From: Patescibacteria group bacterium
GTDB taxonomy: Bacteria > Patescibacteriota > Microgenomatia > UBA1400 > PJMF01
Assembly (NCBI GenBank): GCA_039934415.1
Contig: JBDTME010000001.1
Location: forward strand, 442,461-506,460
Reading direction: 5' to 3'
DNA: 64,000 nt
Position 1 is the first letter of the stretch. Each line of letters begins with the position of its first letter. The notes beneath the pieces were generated by a model that did no database searches, had not been told where the DNA came from, and was given only the letters and a program-made list of their open reading frames with translations. The translations under genes and the position numbers were made by a program. Shown here one piece after another: positions 18,827 to 28,291 of the stretch.

Positions 18827-18900
18827 ATGCTGCCAGTGCTGCAATGCTTACATGGCTAACTTAGCCTTGAATATGTAGGTAGTGTAGGCATTGGCAGCAT
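18827..18900. repeat. long imperfect inverted repeat of 9-bp units (candidate replication origin or RNA hairpin)
   Basis: Arms 18827-18853 and 18873-18900; inner palindrome GGCTAA-C-TTAGCC. Confidence 0.7.
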
Positions 18901-18989
18901 CATTACTTTCTCGATACGTTTCCGCTTTTTGTTTTGCTTACTTGAGTGTTAAAATTGCCATATAAGTAAAGTAGTGAAGACGTAGCATT

Positions 18990-19976
18990 ATGACCATTAA
19001 ACAGGCCACAGATTTATCGAAACAAATACTCCAAAAGCTTGGTTTTAGAGAAGAAGAATGTGATCTAATTTCCCAAAATCTCATAGAAGCTGAATTGGCT
19101 GAAAGAAAGACGCATGGTTTGATAAGGCTGCCAGCTATTGCTCGAAATGTAAAAAACGGGAGTATTAAGGTTACGCCAGAGGACATTGAAATTATTGCAG
19201 AGCATCCAGGCTCTTTGCATTTTGATGCTAAGCATAAACCAGGCTTCTACGTTCTTTATAAATCGCTAGAGATAGCTATTAAGAAAGCAAAAGTTTCTGG
19301 GATCGTGGCAGTAGCAATTAAAGATCTGGAGTATGCATCAGGCTACATTGGTGACTACGCTCGGCTAACAGCAGAACAAGATCTAATTTTTATTGGCTTC
19401 CATAATTCACCTGGTGGATTAGTTCCTCATGGGACAACAAAAGGCATTTGGGGTACAAATCCTATTACTATATCTGTACCCACCCAACAAATTCCAGTTA
19501 TTTTAGATATGGCTTCGTCTCAATCAACTTGGGGTGAGTTAATGGTTGCAAAAACTGAAGGTCGATCAATTAAAGAAGGTGTAGCAATTGATTCGGAGGG
19601 GAATGTAACTGTTGACCCTGCTAAAGCCATGGAAGGGGGTATTCTTCCCATAGCTGGTCATAAAGGTTCTGGTTTGGCATTTATAGTAGAACTTCTAAGT
19701 GGAGCGTTGAGTAACTCTAGAGTTGGAGGTGCTGTTGAGGGCGGCTGGGGTTCATTTTACATCTTGATTAACCCTGCTTTCTTTAGGGACCTGAGTGATT
19801 TTAAGAATGATGTCGAAGCAGCTATTCAAGAGTTAAAGTCTACACCTAAAGCAAAAGGCTTTAATGAGGTCTTCTTCCCAGGGGAGCAATCTTACTATAA
19901 GCGAAAAAGTAACCTCGAAAGAGATGAAATTGATATCAGTGAAAAACTAATGGCAGATTTGGAGGGGCTAAAATGA
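18990..19976 (+). CDS. Ldh_2 family oxidoreductase (malate/L-lactate/sulfolactate/ureidoglycolate dehydrogenase family)
   Basis: THGLIRL, GTNPI, LDMASS, GHKGSGL, FPGE. Confidence 0.9.
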   Translation: MTIKQATDLSKQILQKLGFREEECDLISQNLIEAELAERKTHGLIRLPAIARNVKNGSIKVTPEDIEIIAEHPGSLHFDAKHKPGFYVLYKSLEIAIKKAKVSGIVAVAIKDLEYASGYIGDYARLTAEQDLIFIGFHNSPGGLVPHGTTKGIWGTNPITISVPTQQIPVILDMASSQSTWGELMVAKTEGRSIKEGVAIDSEGNVTVDPAKAMEGGILPIAGHKGSGLAFIVELLSGALSNSRVGGAVEGGWGSFYILINPAFFRDLSDFKNDVEAAIQELKSTPKAKGFNEVFFPGEQSYYKRKSNLERDEIDISEKLMADLEGLK

Positions 19977-20845
19977 ATAACCAAAACTTGAAAGTAGGTA
20001 TTGTTGGCTTAGGAATTATGGGCAGAGGGATGGCTAATAACTTTATCAAGAAAGGTTTCACTCTTTTTATCTGGAACAGAACTCAGTCAGTTTGTGACGA
20101 ATTCAGTAAACAAGGTGCTGTTGTTTGCTCAACGCCTGCTGAAGTTGCTCAAAAAGCAGACGTTATATTTGAAATTACTGCCAATGACGAATCTTCAAAA
20201 GAGGTGTGGATGGGAGAAAAAGGTATTCTTGCTGGAGCTAGTACTGATAAAGTACTCATTGCTAGCGCAACTCTCTCTGTAGAGTGGGTGGATGAACTTG
20301 TTGCAAAATGCAAAAATCAAAAATTTACTTTCATGGACATTGCCCTAACTGGTGGACGAGTTGGAGCGGAAACAGGTAGCTTGACTGTATTATGTGGTGG
20401 AGATGAAGCAACACTTCAACAAATTGAACCAGTCTTACAAGCGGTAGCAAAAAAGATTTTCCACTTTGGACCAGCAGGTCATGGCATGAGATATAAACTG
20501 ATTCTCAACTTCCTGCAAGCTGTTCACATCATTGGATTTGGACAGGCGATGAAAATCGCTAAAGCCTATGACATGGACCTAAAGAAAGTTAGTGAAGCTT
20601 TAGTTGATAGACCAGGAGGAACAATCACTGGAATTGCCCAAAAAACTTACTTTGAAGAACCAAACCCCATAACCTTTTCCATTGAATGGATTTCTAAGGA
20701 CCTGACTTATGCTAAGAAATTAGCTAAAAATTTAGATGTCTGTTTACTTGATGGTGTATTGAGCGAGTATAAAAAGGCGATGGAAAAGGGCCATTCGAAG
20801 AGAGACTGGGCGTCAATCAATACTCTTATTGAGGAGCAGTTATGA
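19973..20845 (+). CDS. beta-hydroxyacid dehydrogenase (GarR/GlxR/MmsB/YihU family)
   Basis: GIVGLGIMGRGMA, WNRT, TGG..GAETG.L, catalytic KL..N. Confidence 0.9.
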   Translation: MNNQNLKVGIVGLGIMGRGMANNFIKKGFTLFIWNRTQSVCDEFSKQGAVVCSTPAEVAQKADVIFEITANDESSKEVWMGEKGILAGASTDKVLIASATLSVEWVDELVAKCKNQKFTFMDIALTGGRVGAETGSLTVLCGGDEATLQQIEPVLQAVAKKIFHFGPAGHGMRYKLILNFLQAVHIIGFGQAMKIAKAYDMDLKKVSEALVDRPGGTITGIAQKTYFEEPNPITFSIEWISKDLTYAKKLAKNLDVCLLDGVLSEYKKAMEKGHSKRDWASINTLIEEQL

Positions 20846-21468
20846 CAGATAAATTTGCCTCAACCATTCAAACATACAACAAGTTTGCACCTCAGTTCAT
20901 TCAACACTTTGAAAAGAAGTTGGATACGACTGAACTGGATAAGTTCATAGAAGGAGTACCAAAAGGTGGTTATATTCTTGATGCTGGATGTGGATCAGCT
21001 AGAGATGCAGCGTACTTCATTAGTAAGGGCTATAAAGCACTGGGTATTGATCTCTCAGATGGGCTCCTGGGTGAAGCAAAGAAAATACACCCCGAAGTTC
21101 CAACTCAACAAATGAGCTTAACTGAAATCACACTGCCTGACGCAAAATTTGACGGAGTTTGGTGTAAAGCAGCTTTGCTTCATATTGATCGAAATGACAT
21201 TCCTAAAGTACTGAAAGATTTTTATCGGATCCTCAAGCCTAACGGAGCATTATTTATTCAGACAAAAGAGGGTGAAGGTGAAGGCACTCAGCCAGTTCCT
21301 TTTGATGAAACGATGACAAGAATGTTTACCTTTTTCACCGTAGAAGAAATGGAGAAACTGGTAAAGGATGCAGGCTTTGAACTATTAGGTAGTTATGACT
21401 TCAATGGTAAGAATCGAGGTACTAACTCTCGAGATCAGGAGTGGGTAGTTATCTTTGCAAAAAAGTAA
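20842..21468 (+). CDS. class I SAM-dependent methyltransferase
   Basis: ILDAGCGSARD, FDGVW..AALLH, LKPNG. Confidence 0.9.
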   Translation: MTDKFASTIQTYNKFAPQFIQHFEKKLDTTELDKFIEGVPKGGYILDAGCGSARDAAYFISKGYKALGIDLSDGLLGEAKKIHPEVPTQQMSLTEITLPDAKFDGVWCKAALLHIDRNDIPKVLKDFYRILKPNGALFIQTKEGEGEGTQPVPFDETMTRMFTFFTVEEMEKLVKDAGFELLGSYDFNGKNRGTNSRDQEWVVIFAKK

Positions 21469-21474
21469 AAACAT

Positions 21475-22230
21475 ATGAAATTTAAAGCTCTCGTTTTTGA
21501 TCTAGATGGCACCGCCATTCCCAAAAGGCCAGATGGTATGCCTTCTCAAGCAGTGATTGACGCTGTTGCTAAAGCTAAGAAAGTCTGCCACGTTTCGATT
21601 GCCACAGGTAGACCATACTCTTTATGCGAAGATATCCTAGATGCATTGGATATTGATGATTTATGTATTGTGAATGGTGGTACCCACTTATATTCAAGAA
21701 AAACAAATGAATATGTCTGGAAACAAGAGATAGATCAGTTAGTGCTTCAAGAGCTATTCTTTAAACTTAAAGAATTTCGCCAGTATGATGTCGCTGATGA
21801 GAAGAGGCTCGATAGAGTTCCAATTGAAGAATATCGAACTGATGAGGCTATTGCTTTGGCTTGTATTTTTTCTACCACAAAACAGGATGCTCAAAAGATC
21901 ATTTCGGTTGTCAAGGGATTTAAATCCGTCACGGCTCATGCCGTTTCGTCGTGGAAAGACGGGACATTTGATATTCACATCAGCCATGAACTAGCGACAA
22001 AGAAACACGCCTTGCAATCCTTGCTCTCTAGACTAAATGTTGATCTAGACCAAATAATGGTGGCTGGTGACGGAGGGAATGATCTCCCTCTCTTTGAACT
22101 CGCAGGTTGGAAAGTGGCGATGGGAAATGGTGCTGATGAGTTAAAAGAACAAGCTGATTGGATTGCCCCTCATGTCGATGATGATGGCCTAGCGGTTGCT
22201 ATCAATAAGTTTATTTTGAAGAAAGACTAA
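21475..22230 (+). CDS. Cof-type HAD IIB phosphatase
   Basis: FDLDGT, ATGR, GDGGND, AMGN, DDDGLA. Confidence 0.9.
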   Translation: MKFKALVFDLDGTAIPKRPDGMPSQAVIDAVAKAKKVCHVSIATGRPYSLCEDILDALDIDDLCIVNGGTHLYSRKTNEYVWKQEIDQLVLQELFFKLKEFRQYDVADEKRLDRVPIEEYRTDEAIALACIFSTTKQDAQKIISVVKGFKSVTAHAVSSWKDGTFDIHISHELATKKHALQSLLSRLNVDLDQIMVAGDGGNDLPLFELAGWKVAMGNGADELKEQADWIAPHVDDDGLAVAINKFILKKD

Positions 22231-22231
22231 T

Positions 22232-22708
22232 ATGAATTACTCGTCATTCCTTGACTCATTTTTCGAACAGATACACAAAGCTGGTCTTGATATTGCTAGA
22301 CTTCCTCTAGATCACGTTGCTTATCAAGCCTCATCATCAGAAGACTATGAGAGGCTACTACCTGAATTTTCAGCCTTAGGTGAGCTAATGAGTGAAGAGA
22401 TTATCGGGGAAAGGCGTGTCGCAGTTTTCAACTTGAGTGAGCCTATCCAATACAAAGAGTATTCGATCCCTGCTCTGGAACTCATTGAACCTCGAAGAGG
22501 CCAACAATGTGAGTCGTCTTTTCAACACGCAGAATTTGTTACAAGCAAACCTTTCGAGGAGTATATGCAGCAATATCCAAACATTAAATGGGATACAAGC
22601 TCGATGCACAGGGATGAGTTTTCCCACTTAAAGCTTAACTTTGAGAATGGACTAACACTTAAATTTCTACTTAAGCCTATCCTTGAACTTGTGGGTATTA
22701 AAAAATAA
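22232..22708 (+). CDS. YecM-like VOC family protein
   Basis: LDHVAY, LMSEEIIGERRVAVF, LELIEP, QHAEFV. Confidence 0.8.
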   Translation: MNYSSFLDSFFEQIHKAGLDIARLPLDHVAYQASSSEDYERLLPEFSALGELMSEEIIGERRVAVFNLSEPIQYKEYSIPALELIEPRRGQQCESSFQHAEFVTSKPFEEYMQQYPNIKWDTSSMHRDEFSHLKLNFENGLTLKFLLKPILELVGIKK

Positions 22709-22722
22709 AGTACGGATTAACT

Positions 22723-23295
22723 ATGACAACTTATTTACTCCATGGTGGAGGAACTTCAAAAGATCTGGCAGGTAACGACCTCTTTTTTTCTCAGTTTACT
22801 AAATTGGTCGATAAACCTGAGGTAAAGGTTCTCTTGTGTTACTGGTCAAGGAATCAGCACGAGTGGCAAACATTGATAGAAAGAGATCAAAGCAGGATTC
22901 TCAAAAATTCAGATAAAAAAGTATCTTTCCAGGTCGCTGAAAACAGTAAGGATCTATTTGAGAAGCCTAGGGATTCTGATGTGCTTTATGTGGCTGGTGG
23001 TGATGCTGAACTTTTAGAACCATATTACAGTGAGCTGAGCAATCTAAGGAGTTCACTGAATGGAAAAATCTATGCAGGCAGCTCTATGGGAGCATTTTTA
23101 GCTTCTAACCAGTATGTATTGCCCTTTGATAGCCAGGACGATGAGTCGGTTCATGCTGGGGTGGGTTTATTACCAATTCAAGTACTCTGTCATTGGAATG
23201 TAGAAAAGAAGAAAGATTTCAAACTCAATCTTTTGTCTAACTCAAAGCCAATTATTACTTTGAACGAAGGTGAGTTTGTAGAAATATACCAATAA
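22723..23295 (+). CDS. peptidase E/S51-like (class I GATase fold) protein
   Basis: LHGGG, LYVAGGD, AGSSMGA nucleophile elbow, CHW. Confidence 0.8.
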   Translation: MTTYLLHGGGTSKDLAGNDLFFSQFTKLVDKPEVKVLLCYWSRNQHEWQTLIERDQSRILKNSDKKVSFQVAENSKDLFEKPRDSDVLYVAGGDAELLEPYYSELSNLRSSLNGKIYAGSSMGAFLASNQYVLPFDSQDDESVHAGVGLLPIQVLCHWNVEKKKDFKLNLLSNSKPIITLNEGEFVEIYQ

Positions 23296-24404
23296 TGGAT
23301 GCTGGAACGATCGCAAGTATTGCTATAGAAATTATAAAGTTTGTGTTTAAACCACTCACTTTATTTTTGAAATGGGTTATTGATAAGCTCCCATTTGAGA
23401 TCAGGTGGAAAAGAATTAAATTGGGAATCATTGAGTCTAGGTGGGGCACACATACATGGGACAGAGGAAAGCAAGGTGATGAACCTGTTATTTTTGTTCA
23501 CACACGCTGGAGCTTTACTAATACTTTACCTTACAATATTACAGCTTTAAATGCCTTTCTCATTAGACCGCAGAAAGTGAAAGGCCATGCACTAATTAAG
23601 GATCCCGAAGCCAATATGTATGGTTCGTATGTAATTCCAAGTGGATATACTACGGAGGTCCATGCTGATTTCGTGATAGATGATAATAATGTAAAGTCAG
23701 AATACGAAATTTTAAAGGCAGATATAAATTTTCAGGACTCAATTGGGCGTTTACATAAAGTAAGAAATGTAGATATTTATCCGATAAAAGTAAATGCAGT
23801 AAAACAAGAGAAACTGACTGTTGAAGACTCATCAAAAATCACAAACGAAACTGAAAGAAAGTTGGTATCTGTTCTCAAAAACGAGATCCAACAATATAAA
23901 GTAAGAGGTCGTAGAGAAGGTGGACTAGGTACGGTTGATTGGCCAAGAGGAACTATTGAATGGACTCAAGCAGGTAGTACGATTCAATTTCTCTTTCAGA
24001 CCTCATCAGAAGAGCATGTGCGATCCGAACATGCGACTGCTCTACTTAACTTATATAAAAATGCAAACAAGGCCCAGAAAAAAGTTTTCATTCAAGCATT
24101 GCTTGATCGTATTGATCGGAAAAGTGAGTACAGAGACGTAGCATACTTAATTATCTTTGTTCTTTTCTTATGTGGTTTTCTCAAAGACGGACTAATAATT
24201 GCAAAAAAAGATCTACTAAACGACAAGGCCCACGGTTTCAGTGACATGCTAAGACTTATAGATTTGTTGTTGGCTTTTAGATATCAAGAATTTGATGAAA
24301 AAACATTAAACGAAATTGAGAAATTAGTTTTTTCAGTTCAAGAACACCCTTTCAGGATAAAAGAAAGAATAAATGCAATAAGAGTGAAAGGGCTGGTGAG
24401 CTGA
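23295..24404 (+). CDS. hypothetical protein
   Basis: 369 aa ORF overlapping upstream stop by 1 nt; no recognised family. Confidence 0.7.
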   Translation: MDAGTIASIAIEIIKFVFKPLTLFLKWVIDKLPFEIRWKRIKLGIIESRWGTHTWDRGKQGDEPVIFVHTRWSFTNTLPYNITALNAFLIRPQKVKGHALIKDPEANMYGSYVIPSGYTTEVHADFVIDDNNVKSEYEILKADINFQDSIGRLHKVRNVDIYPIKVNAVKQEKLTVEDSSKITNETERKLVSVLKNEIQQYKVRGRREGGLGTVDWPRGTIEWTQAGSTIQFLFQTSSEEHVRSEHATALLNLYKNANKAQKKVFIQALLDRIDRKSEYRDVAYLIIFVLFLCGFLKDGLIIAKKDLLNDKAHGFSDMLRLIDLLLAFRYQEFDEKTLNEIEKLVFSVQEHPFRIKERINAIRVKGLVS

Positions 24405-24405
24405 T

Positions 24406-25356
24406 ATGGGGCACCTAATAAAAATAACTCTCAAGACAACTAAGTCGAATATTAGTATTACTGAGGGAAAAATTGGAAAGTGGTTATTTTCTTGGTCGAA
24501 TAATCAGGTCGAAGCATTTGCAGAAGCTGAATACAATGCGGGTTCTATTTCAGATCCTTTCGATCTTGTGAGAAAAACTACAAAGTTGAATTTGGCGCTT
24601 CTGATTGACTGTTTAACTATGATTGTTAATCAAGAAGTGAATACATCAATAGTTATTTCCACTGATCCAAAAATACTTGTCTATCAAAAAACTAATTCAA
24701 AAAGAGTCACATCAATACATGAAGCAAGAACTCTAACAAGGTCTATTAGACCAATATGTAATGCGAGCTCACTTGGGGAAGAGGTTCCGAAGAGAATCGA
24801 TGAGGGGGTTACCATAAACCTTTCTGAAGATCGTATAAGAATATTACGCTATTTGTTGGATTTTTTTAGCAAGAAAAAATCGTACAAAAATATTCATTTA
24901 AAATTAGTAAATTATTGGAGGAAAGGCGTTGATTTAGATCAACTCATGCTAGTTGATGAAAGCTACTTAGCATTCTTTAAAATTATTGAATACTACATCA
25001 ATAGGTCGAATGTAAAAGAGTCTGATATTCCTTCAAAGTTTCGTGAGCCAAAATCATTGCAAGATGCTTACAAGTTTTCACTTGGAACAGGTTTATCTTC
25101 TATGAAAGATGATCAACTCCAAATGATATCTGACTTTGTTCACATTCGGAACAACTGGGATATTGCCCACGTTAAAATGGGAAGCTTACCTGATGATAAG
25201 TTCGGTGGCCTATATTACTCTCATATGGATGAGGGCTGGGAATATCATAGCCACATTTGTCAGATTTCACGCTGGGTAATCTTAAAAGAGCTAGGTATAA
25301 AAGACCTGATGCTCGAGAATAATGGAGGCTTATTAGAACTATCTATTACTGAGTAA
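24406..25356 (+). CDS. hypothetical protein with HEPN-like (MauJ/ApeA-type) C-terminal motif
   Basis: YLAFFKIIE helix and RNNWDIAH (R-x6-H). Confidence 0.55.
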   Translation: MGHLIKITLKTTKSNISITEGKIGKWLFSWSNNQVEAFAEAEYNAGSISDPFDLVRKTTKLNLALLIDCLTMIVNQEVNTSIVISTDPKILVYQKTNSKRVTSIHEARTLTRSIRPICNASSLGEEVPKRIDEGVTINLSEDRIRILRYLLDFFSKKKSYKNIHLKLVNYWRKGVDLDQLMLVDESYLAFFKIIEYYINRSNVKESDIPSKFREPKSLQDAYKFSLGTGLSSMKDDQLQMISDFVHIRNNWDIAHVKMGSLPDDKFGGLYYSHMDEGWEYHSHICQISRWVILKELGIKDLMLENNGGLLELSITE

Positions 25357-25377
25357 TCTTTCGGATAAAGTCCCATA

Positions 25378-25386
25378 CGGGGAGCC
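25378..25386 (+). repeat. att core (distal junction) CGGGGAGCC
   Basis: Copy of tRNA 3' end; TTCGGATAA arm at 25360-25368. Confidence 0.8.
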
Positions 25387-25421
25387 GTCTAAAAAGGTTC
25401 AAAACTTAAAACCAAAAAATA

Positions 25422-25790
25422 CTATTTTCTTTGATATAGTCCGACGCGATTACCTTCACTGTCTTCAAATATAGAGATATAACCATATTCTCCTATATCT
25501 TTTTTAGGTACGTGAATTTTTCCACCAGCAATTACAATCTTTTTTTCCATTTCATCAATCATATTCGTATCAAGATAAACGGTCGTACCTGTAAGACTTG
25601 GTTTATATCCAAACCCCTTCATTAATCCACCAGTTGCTCCAATACCACCTCTTTGCATAGGGAATGAGAGCATCTCATACCCTGCATTAGTTTCAGGTGT
25701 CATTTCAAAACCAAAAACTTCTTCATAAAACTTTTTTGCTCTAGCTAAATCTAGGGCTGGGAGTTCAAACCAACTTACTGGGTTCTTCAT
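25422..25790 (-). CDS. VOC/glyoxalase family protein
   Basis: WFELPALDLARAKKFY...DSEGNRVGL. Confidence 0.9.
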   Translation of the reverse strand: MKNPVSWFELPALDLARAKKFYEEVFGFEMTPETNAGYEMLSFPMQRGGIGATGGLMKGFGYKPSLTGTTVYLDTNMIDEMEKKIVIAGGKIHVPKKDIGEYGYISIFEDSEGNRVGLYQRK

Positions 25791-25937
25791 AATGAATCCT
25801 TATTATCAATAATAATAAGTAAATTTTAGCAAAAAATTGATATGAAGTCTTATCCATGCCTAATTCGACTCAGAATGCTTGAACCTCAAACGTTTTTTGT
25901 AGTAAAATTTGTCTATAAAATTAAATAGGAGAATAGA

Positions 25938-26441
25938 ATGAGTAAACTAATTACATGCATCTGGTTTGTCAACAACAACGGAGACGAGGCAGTAAAATAC
26001 TACATCGAGACTTTTAATTCGGCTCCAGGAGATCACGAAGCAAAACTTGGAGATATCACAAAAACTCCTAAGCCATCTGAAGAAGCTCCGTTTGCAATGT
26101 CTGAAGGTTCCGTACTGACAGGCGAATGCGAACTTGATGGAATTAGTTTTATGTTTCTTAACGGTGGTCCTATGGAACAATACAAGCTCAATGGATCAAC
26201 TTCTTATATTATAGAGTGTGAGACACAAGAAGAGATTGATTACTTCTGGGAAAAGCTTTCGGCTGTTCCTGAAGCAGAGCAATGCGGATGGTGTACAGAT
26301 AAATTTGGTATAACCTGGCAAGTAACACCAAGAATCTTAGATGAACTGATGCGTAATCCTGAAAAGGCAGAAGCAGTAACTGCTGCATTTATGCCAATGA
26401 AAAAACTTGATCTTGAAACAATTAGAAAAGCTGGCGAATAA
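25938..26441 (+). CDS. PhnB-like VOC protein (3-demethylubiquinone-9 methyltransferase-like)
   Basis: LNGGP, CETQEEIDYFW, CGWCTDKFGITWQ. Confidence 0.9.
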   Translation: MSKLITCIWFVNNNGDEAVKYYIETFNSAPGDHEAKLGDITKTPKPSEEAPFAMSEGSVLTGECELDGISFMFLNGGPMEQYKLNGSTSYIIECETQEEIDYFWEKLSAVPEAEQCGWCTDKFGITWQVTPRILDELMRNPEKAEAVTAAFMPMKKLDLETIRKAGE

Positions 26442-26576
26442 AGCTATTACTACAGTAGAGTTTGGGTGATCTTTCATTGGAAGCCTTGAGATGTATACAA
26501 GTTCGTACTTTTTTAAATTCAAGGTATGGAGTACGCTATATAGCATTATTATTCAATTAATTTAATGGGAGTAGAT

Positions 26577-26768
26577 ATGATTACAGGATATTGCGTTAAA
26601 TGTAAGGAAAAAGGCGTTGAATTGACCGGAGTAGCGATTCATCAAACTATAAAAGGTGGTTTCATGGCTAAAGGAACGCATGAGAAGTGTGGAACAACTG
26701 TTTGTGCAATGATGTCTAAAGACAATGCTGAAAAAGCAGTAAAAGACGGCGCAAAGAAAGCGTACTAA
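26577..26768 (+). CDS. DUF5679-like small zinc-binding protein
   Basis: YCVKCK...KGTHEKCGT; GGGAG SD. Confidence 0.7.
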   Translation: MITGYCVKCKEKGVELTGVAIHQTIKGGFMAKGTHEKCGTTVCAMMSKDNAEKAVKDGAKKAY

Positions 26769-27018
26769 ACGTTTAACTCATTTTAGTATAACGATCTAGA
26801 TTTTCTGAATAAATTAGAAGTCGTGTCATCCTTGAGTAAAAGTAGTTACATCATACTTGTAAATTTCAAGTAAGTGATCTTCATACCCGTTCCGTAACTA
26901 GTCCAAGAGGAGAGCAAGTTATTTTTTCAAATGTTTGACTTAGAGTAAACTACACATAGTCTCAGAAACTTGGATCATTGATATACTAGTTATACACAAC
27001 TATAAAAAAGGGAAATAT

Positions 27019-27408
27019 ATGTTCCAGCCAATAGCAGCCTTTAGCGGGTTTTCTGTATTAGATTTAGCAAAGACAAAAACTTTCTATAACGACATATTGG
27101 GTTTGAAGATTGAAGAGGATAAAATGGGCTTGCAACTCCACTTGCCAGGAGGTGCTACGGTTTTCATATATGAAAAAAAGAATCATCAGCCAGCGGAGTT
27201 CACCATTTTAAATTTAATTATCAAGAATATTGATGAAAGCATAGATGGATTAGCAGCTAAGGGTGTCAAGTTTGAACACTATAATAGCAAAGAGATGCCA
27301 CAAGATGAAAAAGGTGTTCTGCGAGGCTTAAGCGTTGGTATGGGGCCAAATATTGCTTGGTTCCAAGATCCATCACATAACATCATTTCTCTTTTGCAAG
27401 AGAAGTAA
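27019..27408 (+). CDS. VOC/glyoxalase family protein
   Basis: FSV.DL...FY..ILGL, AWFQDPSHN. Confidence 0.9.
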   Translation: MFQPIAAFSGFSVLDLAKTKTFYNDILGLKIEEDKMGLQLHLPGGATVFIYEKKNHQPAEFTILNLIIKNIDESIDGLAAKGVKFEHYNSKEMPQDEKGVLRGLSVGMGPNIAWFQDPSHNIISLLQEK

Positions 27409-27539
27409 TTCTTTGATTTCTTAAATTTAAAAACTTTGAGTATCTCTTCTAGACAAAAATTAATAATGTTAAATGTTGATATGCGTCAAATTACAGTTCC
27501 TGACAGGTTCAAGTTTTCTCTGTTTACTTCTTATAGTCG

Positions 27540-27890
27540 CTATCTCAGCTTTTTATACGCAACATATGCTGCTAGACCAGCAGGTATAACTGCCCAAAGC
27601 ATACCTACCCCTGAGTAAGCCAAGTACAAACCTATTCCCATGAATGAAATTATTGACAAGCCAATAGCAGAAATAACGGTTTGATTAGGAAGTAGCTTGA
27701 TTTTATCGGGAAGAATTAAACCTATTGAAAATATAATTTGCAGTATTCCAAGAATAATCCAAAAAAAAGATGGCAAGGTGTTCAATGCCCAGTTGTTCGC
27801 AAGGCTTTCATAATTACTCATCATGTAAAGTCCACCAGCGATATTCCAGAATCCAAGTGCAATTCTAAGTATCCAAATTAATATATTCAT
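27540..27890 (-). CDS. DoxX-like membrane protein
   Basis: MNILIWILRIALG start, four hydrophobic helices, GLILP. Confidence 0.65.
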   Translation of the reverse strand: MNILIWILRIALGFWNIAGGLYMMSNYESLANNWALNTLPSFFWIILGILQIIFSIGLILPDKIKLLPNQTVISAIGLSIISFMGIGLYLAYSGVGMLWAVIPAGLAAYVAYKKLR

Positions 27891-28006
27891 ATTCTGTTTC
27901 TCCCTTGTTTTCTTACTAGATCCAATTATAAGAAAACTGATGGCTTCGGTCAAATAGAACAGTTTCTCACTTCTTTTACAACGTGGCAAAATGTTATAGT
28001 AATGTG

Positions 28007-28273
28007 ATGACACCACTTGCATTTTTAGCTACTTCGGTTGGAATCTTTCTCGGTCTATCCAATCTTCCTCAAGCTTTAAAAATTTTTAAAAGAAAAAGTG
28101 CTAAAGATATTTCACTCACTACATACCTTATCGTAGAATTTGGTTCAATCGTTTGGATATTTTACGGCTTAGAAATTAGAAGTTTTCCAATAGTAATACC
28201 AAATATACTTGGTTTGATGGCAACTACCCTAGTTCTGATTGGATACTTCTACTACAGCAAGCCAAGTAAATAA
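28007..28273 (+). CDS. SemiSWEET/PQ-loop sugar transporter
   Basis: LPQ..KIFKRKSAKDIS, WIFYG, N in TM3. Confidence 0.85.
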   Translation: MTPLAFLATSVGIFLGLSNLPQALKIFKRKSAKDISLTTYLIVEFGSIVWIFYGLEIRSFPIVIPNILGLMATTLVLIGYFYYSKPSK

Positions 28274-28291
28274 GAAGGTTATAATTCATTT

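Larger units (their letters stand above)
9583..25386. mobile_element. ~15.8 kb integrative element (serine-integrase, Prim-Pol replicon, satellite/IME-like) inserted in tRNA-Asn 3' end
   Basis: Direct repeat CGGGGAGCC at both ends, integrase adjacent to tRNA, replication module, regulators, cargo. Confidence 0.85.

Noticed and set aside
9578-25386. Complete prophage or ICE
   Set aside because: No recognisable capsid, portal, large terminase, tail, relaxase or T4SS genes between the att cores
27903-27956. Fragment LVFLLDPIIRKLMASVK* resembling a transporter C-terminus
   Set aside because: Too short to assign by eye; could be chance
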